From: an uncultured delta proteobacterium
GTDB taxonomy: Bacteria > Desulfobacterota > Desulfomonilia > UBA1062
Reading direction: 5' to 3'
Assembly (NCBI GenBank): GCA_963752595.1
Contig: CAVVYZ010000017.1
Coordinates: 1-64,000 of the forward strand
DNA: 64,000 bases
The notes beneath the pieces were generated by a model that made no database searches, had not been told where the DNA came from, and saw only the letters and a list, made by a program, of their open reading frames with translations. Made by a program: the position numbers and the translations under genes. Positions 21,828 through 31,198 of this stretch are shown piece after piece (position 1 is the first letter of the stretch; each line of letters starts with the position of its first letter).

Positions 21828-21935
21828 ATAAAAGGAAGATACAACAAGTGTTGTTCTGACCTCCTTTACGCCAGAAGAGGGGACAAGTCCTCTCGTGCTT
21901 TGTCCTTACACCTAACTTCTTCTGGCTATTTTTTT
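21828..21935 (+). ncRNA. Putative small regulatory RNA
   Basis: Follows TATAAT. Two hairpins (AAAGGA..ACAAC-AAGT-GTTGT..TCCTTT; GCCAGAAGA..GGACAAG/CTTTGTCC..TCTTCTGGC) and a T7 tail; no convincing ORF. Confidence 0.5.
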
Positions 21936-22384
21936 ATCCTTTTTTTATTCCCCCTCCTGGGTTTTTCCTCTCCATGTTCAGCAGGGGTTACGATGACTTC
22001 CACTTTATCGGCGGACAGTTTCCGCGTGGTAAAGGTACCGCTTCGTGTCAATGTATTTGCTACCTTTCCTGCATGCACATACGCTGTAAGGGGGGGGGTA
22101 ATGAATCCAAAGATAAATTGTCTGATCGTATCGAAAGATTTTGCCGTAGCAGACATGCGCCCGGCTTCCTGTGATATATTGAGATTGCCGGTCATTTCCA
22201 CCACTATTTCATGGAACCGGTCCGCCTGCTCCTGCGTGAACCGATATCCCGTATCGATGAGTTCAAACCGGGTGATCCCGGCATGAACCAGAATTGCATC
22301 GATATCTACGTCTGGGTAATGAGTTTGAATAAGCTCAATATACCCCTGGATAATCCTTATATCATACAGTCTATTATCCTGCAC
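21926..22384 (-). pseudogene. Truncated N-terminal sensory domain of a deltaproteobacterial signalling protein
   Basis: LY..RII..YI.LI...YP.VDID.IL..AGI...E..D.G..FTQEQ.DRFHE......GN.NI..EAGR...EKP pattern, which I recall from N-termini of HD-GYP/kinase proteins. It ends in a low-complexity Lys-rich tail. Confidence 0.5.
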
Positions 22385-22687
22385 TCCCCTCTGTGGAGCC
22401 CCGCTCGCGCCTTTTTCATCAGTCTTTTTCAACAGCCTATAGCCTCTGTTACGATACCTGTCGTATCTTCGGTTCCTTGTCTCGTCTATCGACATTTTAA
22501 GACAGAAAATAGAGGCCAAATCACCTTTTATCTGAAGTTTTCATCCCATGGAGCATACTGCGGGCTTCCTTTCCGGGGGAAGATCATAAAACTCCTTGAC
22601 CGGCCCAAATATATGGGCGATATGAAGAAAAAGGTTATATGGCGGTCTTGGATGGGATTCTCCTCGGTCCGCTCAACTTTTACCGAT

Positions 22688-23455
22688 ATGGAAGAGCATA
22701 CGACGGATTTAAGTATTCTTGAAATCAATCCCCAAATAGCCGGGGTGGCCAATACCTTTGTTCAGGAAATCTCCTCTGCCTTTTCACAGCAGGTATTAAG
22801 CCTTTCCCTGACAGGGAGCTGTCTGACGGGAGATTATATCCACGGGAAATCGGATATCAATTCCGTACTCGTACTCAGGGAGATGGACCCGTCATGCCTG
22901 GATAAATTGGCATCTATGGGAAGGCGTTATGGGAAAAAACGACTCAGAGCTCCTTTGACCATGACCCGTGAATACATCGAAAGATCCCTCGATGTCTTTC
23001 CTATCGAATTCCTGGATATCAAGCTGATTCACAAAACAGTGTACGGAGAGGATCTTTTCTCAGATCTATCCATCAACAAATCCCTGCTCAGGCTCCAGTG
23101 CGAACGAGACCTCAAGGCCAAGCTTATCCATCTCCATCAGGGGTACATTTCCTGTTCAGGAGGCGGAAGGGGATTGAGGGCATTGCTCCTGGAAGCTTAT
23201 CCGGGGTTCTTCCCCCTTTTCCGCGCAATGCTCTCCATCGTCAGGATCAACCGGCCCCCTTCAATTCTCAAGGCCGAAGTGCTCTCCGACATGGAATCAC
23301 ACTTCGGGATTTCCATGGATTCTCTCAGGGATATCAAGGCTTTTTCCATGAAAAGAGGTTTCGGCTTTGATTGGAGTTTGGTAAAGAATGTTTTCAACCA
23401 AGTGTATAAGGTTACCCATGAGCTCTCTTTCACCATGGATAGGTTGTCTTCCTAG
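22688..23455 (+). CDS. Nucleotidyltransferase-fold protein associated with LemA/TPM
   Basis: LSLSLTGS..TGDY..GKSDINSVLV (GS..D.D-like), SLDVFPIEFLDI, LRLQCER. Confidence 0.7.
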   Translation: MEEHTTDLSILEINPQIAGVANTFVQEISSAFSQQVLSLSLTGSCLTGDYIHGKSDINSVLVLREMDPSCLDKLASMGRRYGKKRLRAPLTMTREYIERSLDVFPIEFLDIKLIHKTVYGEDLFSDLSINKSLLRLQCERDLKAKLIHLHQGYISCSGGGRGLRALLLEAYPGFFPLFRAMLSIVRINRPPSILKAEVLSDMESHFGISMDSLRDIKAFSMKRGFGFDWSLVKNVFNQVYKVTHELSFTMDRLSS

Positions 23456-24209
23456 AGTTTTTTTATTCTTTCTCCTCATCATTCTCCCCGGACCTTCTCT
23501 TGCCCGGGAAGGTGTCCCCACGACCTATGTTGTCGATGATGCAGGGATCATAGAAGAAAACGCAGAGCATCTCCTGTCAAACCGCCTCCAGGAACTTGAA
23601 CAGAAAACCGGAGCTCAGATGCTTATTCTCACCATAGAGACGACCGGCGATATCCCCATTGAAGAATACGCATTCAAGAAGGCAGAGGAATGGAAGCTGG
23701 GGCAGAAGGGAAAAGACAACGGCTTGCTTTTTCTCATCGCTTCCAAGGATAGGAAGTACCGGATCGAAGTAGGGTACGGGCTCGAATCAATCATTCCCGA
23801 CAGTCTCGCAGGAACCCTTGCAAGGCAATATCTCGTTCCGTATTTCAGGAGAGGCGAATATACTGAAGGGGTTCTTCAAACAGCAGCCGTACTCATGGAG
23901 ACTATAGCAAAATCTCAGGGTGTTGCCCTCGAGAAAACTATATCTTATCCTTCAGCACGCCGCACCGGAAAACCTCAAGGATCTTCCTTTAAAAGCATTG
24001 TAGTATTTCTCTCTTTCTTTTTGGCCTTCTTCCTGTACCCCATGCTGATCATGAGAAGCAAAAAGGACAGCACCTGGAGAAACAGCGGTATGGGAGGAAG
24101 GGGCGGAATCGGCAGCTTCGGGGGCAGCGGGTTCGGTTCTTTCGGAGGGGGTGGATTCGGTGGGGGAGGCGGCGGGTTTGGTGGCGGAGGTGCATCAGGG
24201 GGATGGTAG
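23418..24209 (+). CDS. TPM domain (YgcG-like) membrane protein
   Basis: VVDDAGII, W.LGQKGKDNG.L.LIA..DRKYRIEVGYGLE..IPD, Gly-rich tail GGGGASGGW. Confidence 0.9.
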   Translation: MSSLSPWIGCLPRVFLFFLLIILPGPSLAREGVPTTYVVDDAGIIEENAEHLLSNRLQELEQKTGAQMLILTIETTGDIPIEEYAFKKAEEWKLGQKGKDNGLLFLIASKDRKYRIEVGYGLESIIPDSLAGTLARQYLVPYFRRGEYTEGVLQTAAVLMETIAKSQGVALEKTISYPSARRTGKPQGSSFKSIVVFLSFFLAFFLYPMLIMRSKKDSTWRNSGMGGRGGIGSFGGSGFGSFGGGGFGGGGGGFGGGGASGGW

Positions 24210-24341
24210 GCATTGTTATTTCGAACATGTTTCCCCTGTCAGGAACCATGATACGTTTGAAACAAAGGCAAGCTCTGTGATAACTTTGGCAGGTACCGGG
24301 CTTAAGGCCCTTTTCATATTACAATCCTTCAGGGAGGAGCA

Positions 24342-24905
24342 ATGAACAGGAAGATTTTGACCATACTGGCGGTAATCGGCGGCCTTGTTCTGATCGGCGC
24401 TTGGTTTGTGTCGCAGTATAATAGGCCCATTGCCATGAAAGAAGCTGTGGATTCGCAGTGGGCACAGGTGGAAAACCAGCTCAAACGCCGCTATGACCTC
24501 ATCCCCAATCTGGTTCAGACGGTGAAAGGGTTTGCCTCCCAGGAAAAGCAGATTTTTCTCGGTGTCGCTGAGGCAAGGAAGTCATATTTTTCCGCACAGA
24601 CCGTTGCAGACAAGGCCAAGGCAGCCAGCGGCCTCGAAGGTGCCCTGTCCCGCCTGCTGTTTCTCCAGGAGCGCTATCCGGAGCTCAAATCCAATGAAAA
24701 CTTCCTGAAGCTTCAGGATTCGCTTGAAGGCACGGAGAATCGTATTTCCGTCGAACGGAAGCGGTATAACGACCAGGTCAGGCTCCTGAATACCTATGTA
24801 AAGACCTTCCCGGGGAGACTATTCGCGTCCTGGGCCGGTATCGGGCCGTCAGAGTACTTCAATGTCCCGGATACGCAGCAGCAGGTACCGGAGGTAAAAT
24901 TTTAG
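24342..24905 (+). CDS. lemA: LemA family protein
   Basis: WAQVENQLKRRYDLIPNLV.TVKG, ERYPELKSNENF..LQ..LEGTENRI.VER.RYN. Confidence 0.95.
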   Translation: MNRKILTILAVIGGLVLIGAWFVSQYNRPIAMKEAVDSQWAQVENQLKRRYDLIPNLVQTVKGFASQEKQIFLGVAEARKSYFSAQTVADKAKAASGLEGALSRLLFLQERYPELKSNENFLKLQDSLEGTENRISVERKRYNDQVRLLNTYVKTFPGRLFASWAGIGPSEYFNVPDTQQQVPEVKF

Positions 24906-25019
24906 ATCGTATATGCAGACAATTACCTCCGTAAAACGGAGGACGAGGGCTGCCTGGCTTCTAAGCTTTCGCGGGGATAACCATACATCTCATGTGCTTC
25001 TTAAATACGTTTATACACC

Positions 25020-26885
25020 CTAGCATGCAGATATTTCCGCAAGGAAGCCCGAGGGTATCTGGAATACCTCCCTGCCGTAGATAGTCCTCACCCGGGACCA
25101 GGAGAGAACTACTTCTTTTCGGGCCCGGGTGATACCTACATAGAGAAGGCGCCTCTCTTCTTCGATCTCCAGGGTGGTTTCCATGGAACGGCTGTGAGGA
25201 AGAAGCCCTTCTTCAAGCCCCAGGATAAAGACATAATCGAACTCAAGACCTTTGGACATGTGCAAGGTCATGACGCTGATGCGCTCACCTGCATCCACAT
25301 CCACAGCGCTCATCAATGCCTTTTCTTCCAGGTATCCGCCGATATCCCTTAATCCCGCTGCGCTCGCGATAAGCTCCCGGACATTGTTCAGGCGATCCTC
25401 CCCGTCAACTTCAGCCTTCAGCGCTCTTTCGAGCCGGGCAATCTCCATAATATCCTTCAACAGTGAAGCGATATCGCCAAAGTCTACGCGGGACACGATA
25501 TCATGATATACTTTCAAAAAGCTCTCAAGCCCTTTCAGGCCTGCACCCTTTACCACTTTCTGGGTTACGGCCTCATCGATGACGTGCACCGTCGCCATTC
25601 CCTTCTTCCTGGCAAAACTCCTGAGTGCGGCGAGGGTCTTCTCCCCGATACCCCGGGAAGGTGTGTTGATGATCCTGGCCAGAGCCTCTTCATCCGATGG
25701 ATTCACAAGAATCCGCAAGTAAGCGAGAAGGTCTTTGATCTCCCTGCGCTCATAGAACCTCATGCCTCCATAGACCGCATAGGGAATGCCTTTGCGTACA
25801 AAGGCCTCTTCAATCACCCTTGAGAGGGAATTAACCCGGTAGAATACCCCGATATCGCAGGGGCTCACTCCGGAGCGCAGGAGCTTCTCGATGGCAAAAG
25901 CCGTGTGATGCGCCTCCCTCTCATCATCGATATGCTCGCTGATGGTAATGTCTTTGCCTTTTCCCTGCATGGCCTTGAGCGTCTTCGGGGCACGGTACTG
26001 GTTGTTGGCGATAAGGGATGAGGCTGCCCGCAGGATCCCTTCGGTAGAACGGTAGTTCTGCTCGAGAACGGTCGTTACCGCATTGGGAAAATCATCCCTG
26101 AACTTAAGGATATTGCTTACATTCGCCCCCCTCCATCCGTAAATGGACTGATCGTCGTCACCCACAACACAGATATTGCCGCTGTCTCCCACGAGGTTCA
26201 TGAGGAACACGTACTGGGCCGTATTCGTGTCCTGGTACTCATCCACGAGGATATAACGGAACCGTTTGCGGTATTTTTCCCGGAGTTCTTCATCCTCTGA
26301 GAGCATCATGCAGGGTACATAGAGCAAGTCGGCGAAATCAAACGCCTTGTGCTCTTTTTTCCTCTTCTCGTACAGAGAAAGAACGGGCTGGGGATCGTAT
26401 GGATAATTGCCCCCGATCTCCTCCACATCCCGCATGGTGTCGCGGGCAAAATTCGCGAGCCAGGCCAACGTCGAATCCATGCCGCGCTCGCATTTTATAT
26501 TCAGCTCCTTGAGGCACTTTGAGATTAAAGATCTTTGATCGGCCTCATCATAGATCACGAACGAAGATGGGTAGCCGATGCGATAGGCCTCCCGCCGCAG
26601 GAGCCATGCACCGAATGCATGGAATGTCCCTGCCCAGACAAGGATATCATCGGTATCGAGGATGCTCCTGAGCCGATCTTTCATCCCGCCGGCAGCTTTG
26701 TTGGTAAAGGTAAGGCACAGGATCTCACTGGGATGAACGCCCTGGGAAATCAGGTATGCCACCCGGTGGACAATGACACGAGTCTTCCCGGAACCGGCGC
26801 CTGCGAAGATGAGAAGCGGCCCGTCCGCGTGCTGGACAGCACGCACCTGCTGAGGGTTCAGTCCCTCTAAGATCTTATCCGGCAT
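25020..26885 (-). CDS. UvrD/PcrA family DNA helicase
   Basis: AGAGSGKT, TFTNKAA, DEYQDTN, VGDDDQSIYGWRGA, LEQNYRST, TLH.SKGLEF, EEERRLLYVGITRA. Confidence 0.95.
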   Translation of the reverse strand: MPDKILEGLNPQQVRAVQHADGPLLIFAGAGSGKTRVIVHRVAYLISQGVHPSEILCLTFTNKAAGGMKDRLRSILDTDDILVWAGTFHAFGAWLLRREAYRIGYPSSFVIYDEADQRSLISKCLKELNIKCERGMDSTLAWLANFARDTMRDVEEIGGNYPYDPQPVLSLYEKRKKEHKAFDFADLLYVPCMMLSEDEELREKYRKRFRYILVDEYQDTNTAQYVFLMNLVGDSGNICVVGDDDQSIYGWRGANVSNILKFRDDFPNAVTTVLEQNYRSTEGILRAASSLIANNQYRAPKTLKAMQGKGKDITISEHIDDEREAHHTAFAIEKLLRSGVSPCDIGVFYRVNSLSRVIEEAFVRKGIPYAVYGGMRFYERREIKDLLAYLRILVNPSDEEALARIINTPSRGIGEKTLAALRSFARKKGMATVHVIDEAVTQKVVKGAGLKGLESFLKVYHDIVSRVDFGDIASLLKDIMEIARLERALKAEVDGEDRLNNVRELIASAAGLRDIGGYLEEKALMSAVDVDAGERISVMTLHMSKGLEFDYVFILGLEEGLLPHSRSMETTLEIEEERRLLYVGITRARKEVVLSWSRVRTIYGREVFQIPSGFLAEISAC

Positions 26886-28134
26886 TCCCGCACCTTAAGA
26901 CAACCTTGTCCCCCTCGCTGAAAGGTTTTCTCATGAGTTCGCCTGCAACAGTTTCAAAGGGCAACTTCATCTCGAAGACCTCATTGGGCCGGATCCTTTC
27001 TTTCCCGGCCCCTTTCACCTGCATGCCGCTCAAGGTGAATGTCTGCTTCATCCGCCCTGCATCCCGAACCGGGAGCAGTTCGATTTTCATTCCCTCGATG
27101 AGGGGGTTCCGTGCCTCGAGAATTGTTTTGTCTCCATTATGTCCGATCACCCGTGCCGCCATCTGATAGGGCTGGATATAACCCTTGAAATCATAATTGA
27201 TTCCCCGACCATCGGGCTCCCCGAGGAAAAAGCCGGTAAAATAACTGCGGTTGCTGATTTTTTCAATTTCCTCCAGCCAATCTTGTCTTATAAGAAAGAC
27301 TTCAGGATCATCGAGGAAGGCATCCCTTGCCTTCCGGTATGTCTGAATAGTGGTAGCGATATAGAGTGATGTACGATTTCTGCCTTCGATCTTGAGCCCC
27401 TCGATCCCGAGGGCCATGACTTTATCCATCACCGGCAGCAGGCAGAGATCTTTCGAGTTATACAGGAAGGTATAGCCGTCTTCTTCCACTACCGGCATGT
27501 ACTGCCCCGGCCTTGTCCTCTCGAAAAGCGCATAATCCCATCTGCAAGGCTGGGTGCACCGGCCCTGGTTCGCATCCCGGCTGTTGAGGTAGTTGCTGAT
27601 CAGGCATCTTCCCGAGATGGAGACACAGATGCTGCCGTGAACAAACATTTCCAATTCTACCCCGGTATTCTTCCGGATGTATTCGATCTCATTGAAGGAG
27701 AGTTCCCGGGCGAGGATGATCCGCGAAATGCCGAGAGATGCCCAGGCTTGAATTGCCCGCAGATTCACTGCATTCGCCTGGGTGCTCAAGTGCAAGGGCA
27801 ACCCGGGTGCAATTTCCCGCACAAGGCTTAAAACGCCGATGTCGGATACAATTACGGCATCGACACCGATATCCCTGGCGTAGAGAATGATCTCGGGCAA
27901 TTCTTCCATCTGTCTGTCATGGGGATAGGTGTTCAGGGCAAGATATACCCTGACGCCTCTGGCGTGTGCATAGGCGACCGCCGCACCGAGATCTACCAGG
28001 GAGAAATTCTTCGCCCCCGCCCTGAGGCTAGACTCCCCCTGCACCCCGAGGTAGACAGCATCCGCCCCATATAGGCACGCAGTCTCAAGGTGTTCCATAT
28101 TTCCAGCCGGTGCAAGGATTTCAGAGATCTTCAT
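26875..28134 (-). CDS. Peptidase U32 family protein (TrhP/YegQ-like tRNA hydroxylation)
   Basis: EILAPAG, GADAVY, HLSTQAN, E.FVHG.IC.S.SGRC..S......DAN.G.C.QPCRW, KIEGR. Confidence 0.88.
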   Translation of the reverse strand: MKISEILAPAGNMEHLETACLYGADAVYLGVQGESSLRAGAKNFSLVDLGAAVAYAHARGVRVYLALNTYPHDRQMEELPEIILYARDIGVDAVIVSDIGVLSLVREIAPGLPLHLSTQANAVNLRAIQAWASLGISRIILARELSFNEIEYIRKNTGVELEMFVHGSICVSISGRCLISNYLNSRDANQGRCTQPCRWDYALFERTRPGQYMPVVEEDGYTFLYNSKDLCLLPVMDKVMALGIEGLKIEGRNRTSLYIATTIQTYRKARDAFLDDPEVFLIRQDWLEEIEKISNRSYFTGFFLGEPDGRGINYDFKGYIQPYQMAARVIGHNGDKTILEARNPLIEGMKIELLPVRDAGRMKQTFTLSGMQVKGAGKERIRPNEVFEMKLPFETVAGELMRKPFSEGDKVVLRCGNAG

Positions 28135-28247
28135 GACACAAAGAGGTATATCGCATCAGGGAGTGATAATACAAGGTGAAATGCCGGGCAGCCCTTCAGA
28201 ACATTTCCCTTGACTAAACAGGCCGGTGCATTTAATTAAAACCGCAT

Positions 28248-28320
28248 GCCCTCGTAGCTCAGGGGATAGAGCACAGGATTCCTAATCCTGGTGTCGCAAG
28301 TTCGATTCTTGCCGGGGGCA
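28248..28320 (+). tRNA. tRNA-Arg(CCT)
   Basis: GCCCTCG..TAGCTCAG..anticodon arm CAGGA-TTCCTAA-TCCTG..GTTCGATTC..CGGGGGCA; CCA not encoded. Confidence 0.95.
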
Positions 28321-28484
28321 TTTATTCTTTCTCAAGGCAGTCCCTATACCCCCTCGATGATATTTTTTTCATGTAAGGGACTTCAATTATTCTCAAAAAA
28401 TGTCCTCTCCTCGTTTAAATTTATTATCATCCCATCGTTTTCTTCCCGTCTCCTGATTATTTTTCTCATGTAGGGAGCACGTTT

Positions 28485-29069
28485 GTGAGCAAAAAAGATC
28501 GAAAGATCATTCTCATCTGTCAATGCCTGTTAAATCCATACTGCAGGGTTCACATCCTCGGGCAGAACTTCCCTTTGTCCCTTGAACTAACTACTTACCT
28601 CATGAGAAGGAATGTGGGCATAATCCAATACCTTTGCCCGGAGACAACTGCACTAGGTTTAATGAGAAACCCCCAAGGGCGTCAGCAGTATGACAGTATT
28701 TTTTTTCGCGACCACTGCAAGGAACTGCTCAAGACACCCCTGCTCATGGTACGGGAATTTCTGAAGAATAAATTCCGTCTATGCTGTTTTATCGGCCTCG
28801 AGAACAGCCCCACCTGCGGAATCCATTGGGGTAAGCACAAGGTAAACCGCTACGGTACCGAGTCTCCTAATCCTATGGATCGCCCGGGAAAGGATGAGCC
28901 GGCACTCATGGGCATCATGGCAGAGATCCTTTTAGAAGAACTTGCAAAGGACAATATTCATGTGCCGTTTCTTGAATTCCCGGCACTCTCAGAGCCGGCA
29001 TCTGAAAAACGTGCTGGATTCTGGGAAGAGCTCGAGTCGGCATTGGCTGCATCATCTGTAAAAGGCTGA
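28485..29069 (+). CDS. TudS/DUF523-related (CD3072-like) putative Fe-S desulfidase
   Basis: CLLN, IIQ..CPE, IG...SPTCG and GIM motifs. Confidence 0.7.
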   Translation: MSKKDRKIILICQCLLNPYCRVHILGQNFPLSLELTTYLMRRNVGIIQYLCPETTALGLMRNPQGRQQYDSIFFRDHCKELLKTPLLMVREFLKNKFRLCCFIGLENSPTCGIHWGKHKVNRYGTESPNPMDRPGKDEPALMGIMAEILLEELAKDNIHVPFLEFPALSEPASEKRAGFWEELESALAASSVKG

Positions 29070-29082
29070 CTCTCTTGGGCTC

Positions 29083-29877
29083 TCAAGCTACCGAGATGAT
29101 TTTCCCTGATTGTATGAGAAACCCTTCCCTCACAAGATCAGTAATGATCCTGTATAAACGATCGTACTCAATTCCTATTTGAATGATCAGGTCATCAATT
29201 TTTATTGATTCGCAGGAAGTCAGGATCTTAAGAATCCTCCCCCTGATCTGCCTGTCTGATCCTTCAAATGGAGCCTGCTTGATGTAATGTTTACTTCTTC
29301 TATTGGGATTAGGCAGCTTTCCTTTAAGCATTGCTCCATAATCCATGAGCGCATAATACCAATCTCGCGGATTCTCTCTATCCAAAGTTTTTTCCACGAG
29401 TGGCAGAATATCGCTGTCTCTTACCTTATCCATTTCTGAAAAGAAAAAATGTATGAACACACGTCTTATATTGGTTTCGATAAAACCTGTCGGGATATTG
29501 TGGGCAAAGGAAAGTATTGCGCCAGCCGTTGACCGTCCTATCCCAGGAAGCGCCATGAGCGTGTCCATGTTCTGGGGCAGGCTCCCGTTATGATCCTCCA
29601 TCACCCTCTGTGCAATTCCCCTAAGGGCAGTTGCACGTCGGTTGTATCCAAGTCCCTGCCAAGCACTCAGTACAGAGCGTAGATCAGAACCTGCAAGAGT
29701 ATCAAAGTCGGGGAACCTGCCAAGGAAGAGTTCATATTTGCCGAGGACTCTTTCAACCTGTGTCTGCTGGAGCATAATCTCGGAGACAAGGATATGGTAT
29801 GGGTTGATGGTACCTCTCCAGGGAAAAGAACGCCCAGATTTACGATAGTTTTCCAATATAATTTCTTGGAATACCAT
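29083..29877 (-). CDS. HhH-GPD A/G-specific adenine glycosylase (short MutY-like)
   Basis: PY.ILVSEIMLQQTQVERV, W.GLGYNRRA, LPGIG..TA, ETNIRRV. Lacks the Fe-S cysteines; start uncertain (ORF is open to 29970). Confidence 0.85.
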   Translation of the reverse strand: MVFQEIILENYRKSGRSFPWRGTINPYHILVSEIMLQQTQVERVLGKYELFLGRFPDFDTLAGSDLRSVLSAWQGLGYNRRATALRGIAQRVMEDHNGSLPQNMDTLMALPGIGRSTAGAILSFAHNIPTGFIETNIRRVFIHFFFSEMDKVRDSDILPLVEKTLDRENPRDWYYALMDYGAMLKGKLPNPNRRSKHYIKQAPFEGSDRQIRGRILKILTSCESIKIDDLIIQIGIEYDRLYRIITDLVREGFLIQSGKIISVA

Positions 29878-30170
29878 GTTTTGACATTTTAGAGCCGGGT
29901 CTCCCGAAGGCTTTTGCCCGTCTTCTTCATCATGGGTGAATATATTTCTTGTGGAAAAGTATGGTAACATTAAAACATAATATCAAATTAAATCACTCTC
30001 GGAAAAGGCTTTATATTATCCCTCTGGTCCTTTAGCAAAACCTTTTCCAGGATCATCCTTGCCAGATTGAAAACAGAAATTACTTCTTAATCCAGGGCAA
30101 CTGCCTGTTGTTTTTTGCCAGCACAGTAAGACAGAACAGCAAAAAGCAAGACATGACCCATTTTTGATAT

Positions 30171-30283
30171 GCTTCCTTCAGATCCCACCTCACGGTGACG
30201 CCCTTGCGCTTTGCTATGGCGTCACCGTCATCTGTTTGTCAAAAGGATTTCCACCCGCAAGCTGTCGTGCATGCTCGGCACAC
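30171..30283 (-). mobile_element. Group IIC intron 5' fragment (part of domain I), no RT ORF
   Basis: Minus strand reads GTGTGCCGAGCATG...GGTGGAAATCC...GCAAGGGCGTCACCGTGAGGTGGGATCTGAAGGAAGC, starting 3 nt after the terminator U-tract. Confidence 0.75.
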
Positions 30284-30286
30284 AAC

Positions 30287-30317
30287 AAAAAAAGCCCGGC
30301 ATATGCCGGGCTTTTTT
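30287..30317. terminator. Bidirectional Rho-independent terminator downstream of the pilin gene
   Basis: A7-GCCCGGC-ATAT-GCCGGGC-T6. Confidence 0.9.
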
Positions 30318-30344
30318 CCGATTCGTAAGGATAGCTTCGCGGTA

Positions 30345-30818
30345 CTAGTTCTTCGGGATGTAGTTGACCGGGCAGGTATCGGTGTTATCCGCGTTCCACT
30401 GAGCCTTTAGGCCCTGCTCTACACGCAGAGACAAGGTTTTATCAACGCCATCGTTCGCAACATCAAGATTATCCGCTTCAATGGTAACTGTAATGGTCCC
30501 GCGTTCGAGAGGCGCATCCCCGTCACCGTTATCTGAAGGTGTGAATGTCGCTGCATTCACGTATGTTTCTGGAATTGTAATGCCCAGTGAGTCATCGATT
30601 GCTGTCAGATCTGCCATGGCAGCAGGCATATCTCCCTTTGCCTGGAATAACTCGACAGCTGCATTGCCTACGGCTCCCATGGCATTGGTTATTTCGCTCA
30701 TCTTGGCCCTCTTGGTGTAGCTGGAATACGCCGGGATGGCTATTGCCGCCAGAATACCGATGATCGCGACGACGATCATCAACTCGATCAATGTGAAACC
30801 TTTTTTGTTCCTTAACAT
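30345..30818 (-). CDS. pilA: Type IVa major pilin
   Basis: [31 protein letters not shown] prepilin motif; GGAGGAG RBS; own terminator. Confidence 0.9.
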   Translation of the reverse strand: MLRNKKGFTLIELMIVVAIIGILAAIAIPAYSSYTKRAKMSEITNAMGAVGNAAVELFQAKGDMPAAMADLTAIDDSLGITIPETYVNAATFTPSDNGDGDAPLERGTITVTIEADNLDVANDGVDKTLSLRVEQGLKAQWNADNTDTCPVNYIPKN

Positions 30819-31198
30819 AGCTTTACTCCTCCCTAGGGAAATAGATTTGGATGATTCGCTTAACAATGTAGTTATTAAGCCCGTGTATGATTGAATAAAT
30901 ACGCATTCTATCTGCATTCAATGATTACTTTACGGCTGTTTTTTATTAAACTTGAGAAAAAAATTAAGAGATTATCACAAATGGGCGGCAACTCCTGCGG
31001 GAGTCCGTACACCCAGCCGATAACCAACGGTTTTACTGAATGATATTCTTCTGTTTTCCATAAAACAGGTGCAGCCCTTTCCTTCTCATGTAATGCCGGA
31101 TTCATATTCCCCCCATCCGGGCATTTCAAGCCTGTCCCTGTTCTCTGGTGCCTCAGCCCTTACCGAAATATAATCAATACAACTATTTATTTCTAGTC

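Noticed and set aside
22211-22687. N-terminal extension of the nucleotidyltransferase ORF
   Set aside because: It overlaps the minus-strand remnant; the recognisable domain starts after ~22688.
24085-24209. G-rich repetitive tract
   Set aside because: It encodes the normal Gly-rich C-terminus of TPM proteins.
30960-31198. RNase P RNA, 6S RNA or cyclic-dinucleotide riboswitch expected from context
   Set aside because: No GAGGAAAGTCC, no GGCAAAC..GAAA..GACGCAAAGC pattern and no end-to-end pairing.
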